Source of the DNA: Octopus bimaculoides
Taxonomy: Eukaryota
Length of the DNA: 64,000 nucleotides
Direction: 5' to 3'
Assembly: GCF_001194135.2 (NCBI RefSeq)
Contig: NC_069003.1
Span: 33,126,990 to 33,190,989, forward strand
The translations under genes were made by a program, and so were the position numbers. Position 1 is the stretch's first letter; every line of letters starts with the position of its first letter. The notes beneath the pieces are model-generated. The model made no database searches and was not told the origin of the DNA. It was given only the letters and a program-made list of their open reading frames with translations. Positions 1 through 11,450 of the stretch are shown here, one piece after another.

Positions 1-352
1 ATTATTCTGCTTAATATGCATGTATGTGCACACACACACACTTTTACATGCATGCACACACATATATACACATACACAATATATTAACACGCAGACATAA
101 ATACATACATGCATACACTCACATCTATAAACAAGCGTATGTGTGTATGAATAAATGATTTGCCCCTTTGAAAGAGATGTCGTAAGAGGTGAAAAGGGAG
201 GAGAAGAAATAAAAATAAATACAGGAAAGGGGGGAAGGAGGCGGGGACAGTGTCCCTAACATTTTCAGGTCTTCCGAGATTGGTGAGGAAGGAGGGGATA
301 AAGAAGAGAGAAAAGCAGAGGAAGGAGCAATATGGAGGGTGGAGGTACTTAC

Positions 353-388
353 ATCAGGTTCTGTATAGAGGCCATCTGTTAAATCGGA
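353..388 (-). CDS. WASHC2: WASHC2 exon v25 (36 nt, 0-0): SDLTDGLYTEPD
   Basis: Acceptor tttatttttgttgcttctgtgtgtaatgacag, donor GAT|GTAAGT; in frame with v24; no strong homology support. Confidence 0.65.
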
Positions 389-2077
389 CTGTCATTACAC
401 ACAGAAGCAACAAAAATAAAGAAAAATGCCAATCAGAATAAAAGCTAACATCAAAGCATGCTTAACGATGTGTTATATAACGAGGTGGATGGAGCAGATA
501 TTTTAGCCATGTTCCCCCCGCCCCTTCTTTTTTGTTTTGCCATTTCTTATAATTAGATTATTTTTGTCAGGTTAACACAAAGCATGCAGTTAAGAATACA
601 GGTTGAAAATGAAATAGTGCCAGAGACTGGGAAACACTTTGCAGACAATTCCTAGATTCCATGATGTGTCACAGACATAAGTAAGGTCTCAACTGAAGCT
701 ATTCCACTTCTTGTATGCAACTAGTATATATATATACATATATATATATATACACACATATGAGAGGGAGAGGGAAACTGACAAGGGGCTGCTGTGCAAC
801 TCATAGACAGTATTTTTATTTAAAATCATAAGCAATGGGGTTGATTTGTTTGATTAAACGCTTCAAAGCAGTGCTCCAGCATGGCCTCAGTCGAAAGACT
901 GAAATGAGTAAAATGTAAAAGATAAATAAATAAATAAAAAATAAACTTAAAAAAAAAGCACTGAAAATAGTCTGAAAGTTTTCCCAGTCAGGGCATGAAC
1001 ATCATAACATCACATAAATTGATAATATAAAACAAATACAAGGCTTTTTAAAAAAGAAAAAAATACAACCCCCACCCACCCAAAACAATCATCATCATCA
1101 TCAAAAATAATATAAACAAGCAAATAAAAGCATGATGCATTGCAAACAAACAGGTTTTGACTGATTCCAGGTGGGTTAAAATGGTTGACCAAAATTCCTG
1201 CTACGTCCCCCCACCACACACACAGAACTGTGCAAATGTATTAGTAAAATGATGAGGAGCTGGGACTCATGACCCTTGACCTCTTCAGGGTCCGTCTCAT
1301 GAGTTAAGTCGAAGCAGTTAATATCCAGTTTGAACATGTATGGGCTGACATCTTCAGGAGAAATGTGAACCACCATCATTTAACATCCATTTTTCTATGT
1401 TGGCATGGGTCAGCGGGTGTGCTGTCCAGTCTCCAATCGTCTGTTGTGGTATGGTTTCTATGGTTGGATGCCCTTCCTAATGCCAACCACTTTACAGAGT
1501 GTGCTGGGTGCTTTTCACACGTCACTGGCACAGGTGTGTTTATGCAGCACCCACATGAGTGCATTTAATGTGGCACCAAGAAAGCCATGTTTTTTTCTCT
1601 AACGTTTTACATAGTTTAACATGTTTCCGGCAACTGAAAAATGTTCTCTTAGAGGCTGCTATTGCAAACCGATAAAAGTGGAAGAGTGAAAAAAGGCAAA
1701 GTAGGCATTTTGAAAGAAGCATCTATAAAACTAGTTATTAAGCATTGAATGGCTGTGGGCACCCACCAGAATAAAACAATAATCAATGGGATACATTGGT
1801 AAAAAAAAAAAAAAAAAATGGTTGAAAACCACTGTTGTAGAATTTAAACTGGCCATATCTGGCCTAAGTATTCTACTGGCCAGATCTGGCCTTTCCTACC
1901 TATCCTTCAACTGATTTTCTATTGCTTTTATCAACTTGTTTTTCTTATTTGTTGGATTAACAATGAGTAAAAAAGTCTGTTAAGTATAACCAAAAGGCAT
2001 GATTCACTGAAGGTTAGTGTAGTCCATCCTTTCTATATAAACTCAAGTATAGACATCTCTAAAACACAATTACTAAC

Positions 2078-2160
2078 CTGAATTTTTAGAATCTTCTTTG
2101 GTTTGACAGGAGGAGCTGGAGCTTTGGCTGTTGACTTTTCTTCAACATTAACCGATACAG
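2078..2160 (-). CDS. WASHC2: WASHC2 exon v24 (83 nt, 1-0): TVSVNVEEKSTAKAPAPPVKPKKILKIQ
   Basis: Acceptor ttttgtctcctttacag, donor CAG|GTTAGT; phase fits v23. Confidence 0.85.
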
Positions 2161-2541
2161 CTGTAAAGGAGACAAAAAAATACAAAATTAAATGATGATG
2201 CAACAAGCAAAGCAGTTGGTTATAAAATCTCTGTAAGAGATCAGAGTAGTAACTGTACTGGCAAGTAATGCTTGTCGCCACTTCAACGTGGCTGTTCTGT
2301 ACGAACAAATGTTACTGCAATTTTTTCTTAACCCCGAGAGAACATTTCCTCTAGCTGGTTAATGATGCAACTTGCATCAAATATATTGCAAGCAGGGGGG
2401 GCAGACCCCTACCACATTCTAGCGACAGGACTAGCAGACCAGCCCCGTTTTGAGCTATTTTGGCCCTTTCTCAGTGCTAGATACCTTATCTCTAACAGCC
2501 ATATTGAAGTGGTGACAAACATTAAATGATGATGTTTTTCA

Positions 2542-2580
<39 letters not shown>

Positions 2581-2991
2581 CCTATTATAGGTAGAAAGCC
2601 TGAAATTTTCGTGGGGGTGGGTGGAGGGGGTAAGTTGATTGCATTGATTTCAGTGCTCAACTGATCCTTGTTTTATCAAGCCTAAAAGGATGAAAGGCAA
2701 AGTTGACCTTGGTGGAATTTGAACTCAGAATGTAAGACATTAAATAATGTTAAGCATTTTGCCTGACATGCTAATGCTTCTGCCAGTTCATCACCATTAT
2801 AATAATAATAATAATAATTCTTTCTCCTGAAAGTACAAGGCCTCAAATTTGGGGGAAGGGATTAAGTCGATTACACCGACCCCAGTGCATAACTGGTACT
2901 TAATTTATTGACCCCAGCGGCATTTGAACTTAGAACGTGAAGACAGACAATAAATCAGAGACATAAAAATAAATAAAACCTGAAGACTCAC

Positions 2992-3118
2992 TGTTTTCTG
3001 TGAAGATTTCCTCACCGTCTGACTTTTTCTTCTTTTTAATTTCTGAGAAGTCAATCCCACCAAATATTGAAACTCCACCAATGGGCTTCCGGACAGAGGT
3101 TTGTTGTATAGTTTCTGT
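2992..3118 (-). CDS. WASHC2: WASHC2 exon v23 (127 nt, 0-1): TETIQQTSVRKPIGGVSIFGGIDFSEIKKKKKSDGEEIFTEN
   Basis: Acceptor ttttctattattttag, donor ACA|GTGAGT; second KPxGGVSIFGG motif. Confidence 0.9.
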
Positions 3119-3830
3119 CTAAAATAATAGAAAATATCACATGGAGACAAACAAGCATTACATGGAGATGTCACATGGAGACAACTATCAGAAATGTTTA
3201 AATCAAGTATACGTTTTCTCTCCCTCCTCCACTTCATAAGTGAACTTAGTTTCAGACATCTGAACAGTTGGGCCTCCAGATTGAATGATGTATATTTTAT
3301 GATGGCAGAGAAAAAGATCTGTGGCATTTATTCTGGAGTCAACTCGGGCTTTGTGCCTATAGTAGAAAGGATTATTGAACACTCCAAGCAGATTCCAGAA
3401 TAGATCTAATTTGGAAGGTACCAAGATGCATTTGGTCAGGATATATATCATCATCATCATCATCGTTTAACGTCCGCTTTCCATGCTTGCATGGGCTGGA
3501 CGATTTGACTGAGGACTGGTGAAACCAGATGGCTGCACCAGGCTCCAATCTGATCTGGCAGAGTTTCTACGGCTGGATGCCCTTCCTAACGCCAACCACT
3601 CGTAACCATGCTTGGTATTACTGTATTACTACAAGGATTGTTTTGAGTTAAAAGACAAATGAATGAGAGCATTGTGTTTTTATGACAGAAGAATGGAGGA
3701 ATGGCAATTATCCATAGACCAGAGGCCTGATTAGATAACTTCAATGGATTGGATTTAATTAAAGATACTGAAAGACCAGGTAGCAGTATTAAACCAGGTG
3801 TTAAGATCATGTTCATACTGACAAAAGAGA

Positions 3831-4075
3831 TAGAAAACTCCCTTCAAAAGGCTTCCATGCAGTTTCCATTAACAAATTTCACTGAAAAGGCATTGGTTTA
3901 CCCAAGGTTAAAGACATTTGCCCAAAAAGCTGCTCAGATAAATAATACAAAGAAATAGAAAACTCCCTTCGAAGGGCTTCCACACAGTTCCCATTAACAA
4001 ATTTCACTGAAAAGGCATCAGTTTACCCAAGGTTTAAGACATTTGCCCAAAACGCTGCTCAGATAAATAATACAA
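3831..4075. repeat. 125-bp tandem duplication
   Basis: tagaaaactccctt... at 3831 and 3956, roughly 90 percent identical by eye. Confidence 0.9.
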
Positions 4076-4115
4076 TAAGAACAAACGGAAGAGATGTAAC
4101 AAAACATTTTCTTAC

Positions 4116-4208
4116 TATTTTAATGCTACTCTTCTCCACTGATGTGGAACCATCGTCTGCAAATAAATCAGAACTGGATTCCTTTCGTTCTGAAGTTTCT
4201 TGCTCATT
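4116..4208 (-). CDS. WASHC2: WASHC2 exon v22 (93 nt, 0-0): NEQETSERKESSSDLFADDGSTSVEKSSIKI
   Basis: Acceptor ccatttttactatttcag, donor ATA|GTAAGA; DLFADD motif. Confidence 0.85.
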
Positions 4209-4504
4209 CTGAAATAGTAAAAATGGATTGGTTTTGACAAAAGGAAAGACCAGATTATTTTCTTTAATTTTTTTAGCATTTGGATTCCTCTGTCAAATGA
4301 AATGCTTATTTATTGACATCCAACATTATCATCGTTTAATGTCTGCTTTCCATGATAGCATGGGTTGGACGGTTTGACTGAGGACTGGCAGGAGAGATAA
4401 AAAGATGGATGGATAACTTATCTAGGACACAGATCTTTCACTTTTGAAAGAAATTGTAAAATCAAAAAATAAACAAAGAAACGGTGTGTTTCAATACTAT
4501 TTAC

Positions 4505-4618
4505 CTTCTTTGATGCCAAGGGTCCTTGGGAGCTGAACAGGTCAACCGTTGGATTTTCTTCAGAAGATCTAAACAAAATGTCTTCATCTTCAAATAGTGA
4601 TTTAGTTCGAACTTTAGT
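4505..4618 (-). CDS. WASHC2: WASHC2 exon v21 (114 nt, 0-0): TKVRTKSLFEDEDILFRSSEENPTVDLFSSQGPLASKK
   Basis: Acceptor ttttctccttcccag, donor AAG|GTAAAT; LFa motif SLFEDEDILF. Confidence 0.92.
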
Positions 4619-5948
4619 CTGGGAAGGAGAAAAAATAAAAGGAAAGGGAAATGGATGATTAAAGAGTAACGAATAAATACCTAATTGTATAAACAGATGG
4701 ACAGGACATGGATGGATTGACTGATGGTTATAGACAGAGAGACAGAGACAAGTGAGTGAGGGATAGATTGCTAGATAGATAAATGGCTGGCAGAAGAGAT
4801 AAAAAGATGGATGGATAAATAGAAAAAGCAGAATAGACAAAGAGTAAAATAGAAGGGGAGCTGTAGAAAAAGTTAACTAGAAGGAAGAAAGAAAATGACT
4901 GAATTCTCATAACATTCAACAACAGAATACAAAATGAAGGTTTTTGGAAGAACACACATATAGCCACACACATATACATAAAGAAGTTCAAATAGAAACA
5001 CATACACAGATATAAAAATACAATAGCATACACACATACAAATCATACTCACATACATTGCTGTTTAGTTAAAGTTCTGGAGTTGAGAGAGAGAGTGAGA
5101 AAATGAAGCAGTAATTGGGTTTAGTTGATTAAAAAAAAAACCAAAACAATCCCATGATGCATTGTAAGAACAGTAGTATTCCAATTGTGACATCACCAAT
5201 TGAACTTAAGTGACTGATGATTGGAAGTGGAAAGGTAGACAAAGAGAAAGTTAGTGATTATTGTTACACATTAACCTGCCTTGAGCCCCATTTGGGGATC
5301 TGCTAGAAACAGTCTCACTGTTGGTTGGTTGGTTGTATTTAAAGTGAATTGCTTATATACATTGCATTTGCAGAGGTGTTTAATAATATTTAGTAATTAA
5401 AGTTTGTCATTATTAGCTCTGGCTAATTTTAGAGGACATTTTATGCCATAAATTGCAATTTTTAAACTACAAAAATATTGACTGTTTTGAAAACTTTTTT
5501 TTTTCTTTGTGCATTTCCCATTTATATCATTCTTTGATATTTCATACACATTCGCATTTGATACTATAGTTTCCAAAAAACTAAAATGTTTATTATTGCA
5601 ATTGAATAGAAAAGGATAAATATGCTTTTTTCCAGTGATTCCCATTTGGGACTTTTTGGAAAATTTATCATAATTTCCAAATTAATTCACATATGAAGAA
5701 AATTTAAATACTATATATTATAAAATTTGGTAGAAACAAACTGCGTGGAAGCACATTAGAGGGATTGTTCCTGTTTTGGGGATTGCTGCCCAGTTTAACA
5801 TCATCATCTGGCTCTTTTTGGGTGCTTTTGGCAGAGTCTGAGAGTAACTCTCTCTCTCTCTCTCTCTTTCTTCGTCCCATCCAGTCACAGTTCAGGGACT
5901 GAGCCCTTCTCTCTTCTTGGCTAAGCCATTAAAAAAATAAATACGTAC

Positions 5949-6167
5949 TGTCGACACCACAGTTGTTGTTTTACTACTGTAAGAACTTCCAGGTGTGGAT
6001 GTGGTAGTAGCAGCAGTAGTACTACTGTCTGAAGACTGCGAAGAAGGTGATGGCTTGGACACAGAGTTGAAAAAATCATCATCCTCATCCTCATCATTAT
6101 CAAAGAGAGACAATGTCGTAGACTTTCTTGCAGGAGCTGGTGCCGGCTCATCTGGCTTCTCTTCTTT
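5949..6167 (-). CDS. WASHC2: WASHC2 exon v20 (219 nt, 0-0): KEEKPDEPAPAPARKSTTLSLFDNDEDEDDDFFNSVSKPS...TTVVST
   Basis: Acceptor ttgttcctgttcccag, donor ACA|GTACGT; LFa motif SLFDNDEDEDDDFF. Confidence 0.9.
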
Positions 6168-6975
6168 CTGGGAACAGGAACAAGAATGAATGGGATCAAT
6201 ACAGAAATCAATACATCAACAATAAAGAAATGCTTAACCCTTTCGTTACCGTATCTATTTTGAGATGCTTTGGGTTTCTTTCAATTACTTTAAATATAAC
6301 AAAGAATTTAGTCAAAGAACTGTCATTCAGCTGGTGTCAGGAACATAAGTTGTGACTAAGGTTTGGTGGATGGTTTTAATTCAGAACTTTATTTGTTTCA
6401 GTCATTTGACTGTAGCCATGCTGGAGCACCACCTTGAAGGATTTATTCTATTGGTCTCATTCATGAACCGCTAAGTTACGGGAACGTAAAGACATCAACA
6501 CAGGTTGTCAAACGGTGATGCAGGTGGAGACAAGTACAGACAAACACATAGATATATTGCATTATTATTATTATCATTATTATTATTATTATTATTATTA
6601 ATATTATCATGTACAAGTATGTGTGTATTCATCGTTATTTTATTCAGTTTTAGAAAAATTGTAGCATGTCTTTAACAATTCTGGAGCATATTGAACTTAT
6701 TTTGTGCTTGACCTTTGGCCCGCCCAATACACACACACACAGATGTAATTATTCAAAGGCAAAGACAGTGACGCCTATCTGGGTAGTGTTGCATCTGTTA
6801 TGACACACCGCTTACCTAGTCACCTGGATTAAATTACTAACAGAGACGCCATCAAGAAATGCCTTTTGCATATCATTGTTTACACACACACACACACATA
6901 CATACCACATGCACGCACATACGTGAATAAATTATTTTTTGAAGAAGACTTCAGGTTTAAGAGAAGAACACTGAC

Positions 6976-7060
6976 CTTTTTGTCTTTTGCGAGAAGTTTG
7001 CTTGAGAATAAATCTGTACCTCCAAATATGGACACACCGCCAACTGGCTTCTTCTTCACG
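6976..7060 (-). CDS. WASHC2: WASHC2 exon v19 (85 nt, 2-0): (N)VKKKPVGGVSIFGGTDLFSSKLLAKDKK
   Basis: Acceptor ccatctcttgcag, donor AAG|GTCAGT; KKPVGGVSIFG motif. Confidence 0.9.
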
Positions 7061-7721
7061 CTGCAAGAGATGGCAGATACAAGTTCAGTCAAGTGTGTAT
7101 GTGTATGTGTGCGTGTGTGAATGTGTAGATGGTTATAATTCCAATCAGTGAGTCTCAAGGACGCAATTAACAAAAAAAAAAAACCTCTAAGATAACATAA
7201 AATTTACCTATATTTGTTTCTTCGTGTGTGTGTGTGTGTGTAGGGTATTATGAGAGGATGAAAAGAAGATTTTATGTCAGGGACAAACAGGAGTATTGCT
7301 ATGGAGAAGATACATGGCTACCTCACATTTATATAATGGCAGGTAGCTTGTGCTATCCTGATGAGGTCTAATACATTGAAACATGTCCCCCACCCAATTC
7401 TTCTTTCATTGTAAGGGATGAAAATCAAGGTATGAGCCATGCAGTTAGTGTTCCATTAAATCTCACATCAATCACACTTCTGGCCTTGTATAGTCATTAT
7501 TAATGGCCTGACCTTCTTAGACAAGACACACAACTACCTACAAACACATCAACATTTCTCTCATCATCAGTATAATGATCGTTAATAGCTTGAATTTAAA
7601 CAAGACGCACTTCTAGATCAGATATATCAATAATTGTTAATGACTAGATCTTAGACAAGACATATTACTGTACTTTATAGAACTAAATTCAAACCAAGTT
7701 GTCGAAAGGCACCAAACTTAC

Positions 7722-7798
7722 TTGTCCTTGGGTTTCGAAGAGACAAAGTCATCTTCACTGGAATCGAACAGGTCAGATTTTTCAGGTTTATCTGTTGT
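7722..7798 (-). CDS. WASHC2: WASHC2 exon v18 (77 nt, 0-2): TTDKPEKSDLFDSSEDDFVSSKPKD
   Basis: Acceptor gcttcttttcag, donor CAA|GTAAGT; DLFDSSEDDF motif; phase fits v19. Confidence 0.9.
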
Positions 7799-7934
7799 CT
7801 GAAAAGAAGCAGTGGAAAGAACGAGTTACAAGCAGACTCTGACTGCCCCCCCCCCCAACAACAACAACAACTACAATATTTGCATTTAAACACACACACA
7901 CACCACCTACCACCATACAACCACAAGCATTAAC

Positions 7935-8555
7935 CATTTGGAATGTCTTTTCTAAATGCTTCACCGACTGTGATAAGGACTCGATCATCAACATAGAGGA
8001 ATTCCCAGGACAGCCAGTCTTGAATTCCTCTATTACAGACTAGAGAACTATAATAAATAGGAGGGATGTTTGAGAATAGGGTCTTTGCTGAACACCTACC
8101 TACCCACTAAATTTCTCACTGAACTCATTGCCAACCCTCACTTCACTGACTGAATTCCTGTCCAGGGCTTGCACCACTCTCACAAATCACTTCTATACAC
8201 TGAGTTTTCTTCAAGACAACCAAACTTCAGATCATGGTACCCTATCAAAGATGTTCTCCAGGTCAACAAATGCTCGGTAGAGAGGTGTTTTTCTTATCTA
8301 AAAATTTCTCTTAGCAGCCGTTTCACTATGAAAAAAAAGCATCAGTCATACTATGATCTGGCATAGATCTGAACTGCATCTCATCTAAGTTGATTCTCTT
8401 CTTAATTGTGCAAATACTCTTTCCATTATTTTCATAACTTCATCCATCAGTTTGCTGCTGCAGCAGTTTTTTCCTTTCCAAAGAATCTCTTTTACCTTTG
8501 TAACAGTTGATGATTACACTGACTGCTGCACCAGCCATTGGTTATGTCAATGCCC
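7935..8555 (-). mobile_element. RTE-clade LINE reverse-transcriptase remnant (frameshifted)
   Basis: Minus-strand translation gives RINLDEMQF, AFVDLENIFDRVP, EVRVGNEFSEKF and GCPWEFLYVDD (YADD catalytic motif) in RT order. Confidence 0.85.
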
Positions 8556-8681
8556 TGTTTTAATTAATTAATTAACTGTAAGAGTGACTAGCTCAAGCCC
8601 TACCTTGCCAAATATTTTCAATGTTTTAATCCTCGCCACAATTATATATAATGGACCTGCTGCTTTCCCCACCTTCATATC

Positions 8682-8712
<31 letters not shown>

Positions 8713-9124
8713 TTTTTTATTAATAATCTGCATAAGTTACAGAGTGACTCAAGGACGAATAGTTTTGTGCATTGGTACAATAAGTTTGAGAAGTGCACAT
8801 ACATGCACCCCCTCCCTACTCAATTACATACATACATACATACATACATACACACACAGAAACACATAGACATACACACACATACAAGGCAACACAACAA
8901 CATCCCTCAAACGGCTCTGTCCTTGTAATGTCTGTTATTATCTAATAGCTTAATTTTGATCTTGTTAACCCACCGACTGTTTGATTCGTGCTGTCTCTCT
9001 TTGTTTCATGCTTCTACTTTATATTTTTACATATTAAGAGACACTGGGATAGTACCTATTATTTTAGCAATCCCTCTTAGGAGTTCTTTTGATAGATTTT
9101 GAGATTTCGGAATAATAATACCTA

Positions 9125-10001
9125 CAGGAAGTTCAGAATAAATTTGGCAATTTTGTAAGTCTTCATTTTACAGAAACAGCTTGATATGTTGCTGAAGAGT
9201 CAATGGCATAGGAGAGCATAAAGATTGAAGTTGTAGTTGAGAAAAAGCTGTCATGGAGGACGGGAAGCCATCTGAATATTGGAAAAGAGTGACCTGTGCC
9301 ATGATGATTCACACCAAGTCTCAAAATGCCAACGTCTTGATTGTTGCACAACGTTCTGTAAAGGCTGTAAGATGTGACATGGGCAGCTGCAGCGGAGACT
9401 AGAAAGCCATGGTCAGCAGGAAGTGGTACAGCAGGCGTTCTGACTGTGTCTGCATGCCAGAATTCATTTCCACATCTTTCAGCTGGGCCTTAGGCTCAAT
9501 TCAAACAGCTACATGAAGTTGCTGGAGACAGCAAACCCTAGCTGGTGAAGGTTGATGCTGTAAGGCCAGATGGGTGGTAGCTGAATTTGGTTTATTGCCA
9601 TGCCTCCGAAAAGCATCAGAAATGGCTGTCAGAAAATTTCTATGACTTCACCAGCTCCAATTTCTGTCCTCCTAATTCTCTAGATTGAAATCTCATGGAT
9701 TACTGTGTAGTGGGGGCATGGTTGAGAAAGACACCAACTGCTCTGTCTTTAAAACCAAGGCTGATCTGGTGACCGAGATCAAGGAGGTATTTGAAGATCT
9801 TCCCAGGGACACAGTGAGGAATGTATGAACCAGATTGCAGAGCTATCCTGAGGGTGGGTGGCCACTCTGAGTAAACTGTTATCTCCCAGCCATAATCTGG
9901 TTGATATTTTCTGATTTTTTAAAAATACTTCCATTTTTGAATGTGATATTGGGTTTTGTTTTCCTTTTGTGCAAACTGTCAAATTTTGCCTGAACACCCT
10001 G
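9125..10001 (+). mobile_element. Internally deleted Tc1/mariner (maT/DD37D-like) DNA transposon
   Basis: TA flanks (9123-24, 10002-03); imperfect TIRs caggaagttcagaataaatttg / caaattttgcctgaacaccctg; decayed transposase QKWLSENFYDF..PPNS.D.N.MDY.VWG.VEKDTN..KEVFEDLP. Confidence 0.8.
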
Positions 10002-11109
10002 TAAGTGTCACTATAAAAGAGTTTAAACCATTTTGTTGAAATTATGAACAACTTCCACAAGAAGAAGTCTAAGACAACAATGGTTGGAAACAGCCACCTA
10101 TATTGCACACTAAATGTTCTGTTAACTTTGATTCTACTTCCATTCCACTGCCTCTCATCTGTAGCTTGACCAGTTCTCAGAAGCCATGCATCCATGGCTA
10201 ACTTTCTCATTGCCCACAAGACAATATGGAAATAGGGTCATGTTGAAAGGCTTCACTAGGTCGATCTATATGAGAGGTGTTTGTGGTCAGATGAAAACTT
10301 TTTTGCAGTAAAGAAACTGACAGATTGACAGATGGGTGAGTAACTAGATACAAAAATAGACAGATATGCAGATAGACTGACAGATGTAATGACAGATAAG
10401 CAGATAGATTGACAGATGGCGAGAAGATAAGATAGATCAACAAGCAGAAAGATAAACACATAGATATACTGATAGGCAGAAGGGAGGACATAAACTGACA
10501 GACAGATAACAAATAGATAGATTGGTAGACAGATTGATAGATGGAAGGACAGATAGTTAGGTGGATGGAGAGACAAATAGATGTGTTTAGTTAAACAGAC
10601 AACTACATAGGTAAAGAAATAATGCTGGATAGCCAGATAGATGAATATATATATAGAAGTGGGTGGTGATGTAAGGCTGGAGAAATGTCTGTGTAGAATT
10701 AATTAATACAGTGACCTCATGGTTTCCCAAGGAAACAGCAATAACAACAACAACATGAAAAAATCCTCAACCCAACAACAACAATAAAAATCAATGACAT
10801 TAGCAACAACAACAACGACAATGACAAGCAGAGGTGGTGGTGGTGTGGGTGGTCATGGCGGTAGAGGGGCAAACGGCCAAAGTTGGCAATGATGGTCTCT
10901 GAACAAATATTAATATGATGCAGAAACTTTCTAATGACTTCATAACCACATCTTCTACTTTGATGTCTTTTCACTGACCACCAACCGTCCTATACACACC
11001 ATCAGCAATGCTATCACACACTCAGCGTCATCGTTATCGTCATCGTAGTTGCTGTCATCACTTATAAAGCAGTCAAGAGTGAGAAAACAGTGATTACAGT
11101 TTTCAGAAT

Positions 11110-11450
11110 ACAAATGGCCAAAAAGGGGTTCCTCCAAGAGAATCTCTGGCATAATGTTATTCAACGGGATACATAGCTTGGAGATGATAGAGTGTCCCCA
11201 AGTCAAGTCGCTGCATCTCTGCATTGAGCGGTCACAGTCCTGGTGCTACAGACATGATTAGAATGTCATGGGAAAGAAGTGTAAAAAAAAAGAAAAAATT
11301 CTTCAAGCTGAGTCAACCAGCAGAAGACCTAAGGATATAATGGATGAGACGGTTGGATAATATCCATAGTCTTGGTTGATTTGTTGCTTGGGATTCCTTC
11401 TGATAGGACCCTATGGAGAAGGTGCCTGGAGACTCTACCGCTACAACCCT
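11110..11450 (+). mobile_element. RTE-type LINE 3' coding remnant
   Basis: Decayed IERSQ.W.YRH..RM...ILQAE.T.RRP....RLDNIHSLG, typical of the RTE C-terminus. Confidence 0.55.

Noticed and set aside
1080-1125. IIFDDDDDCFG, an LFa-like peptide on the minus strand
   Set aside because: No usable acceptor or donor; explained by a short (GAT)n tract
1250-1360. Peptide-like frame SPEDVSPYMFKLDINCFDLTHETDPEE and two CUGAAGA motifs
   Set aside because: Only a phase 1-0 reading fits, which is incompatible with v24/v25; the CUGAAGA motifs lack downstream GAAA, so not hammerheads
5750-5838. FAM21-like frame DSAKSTQKEPDDDVKLGSNPQNRN just downstream of v20
   Set aside because: Purine-rich acceptor, wrong phase relative to v20, no credible donor
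8169-8366. SVERCFS resembling a hAT dimerisation motif on the plus strand
   Set aside because: It is the antisense of a clear RTE reverse-transcriptase remnant
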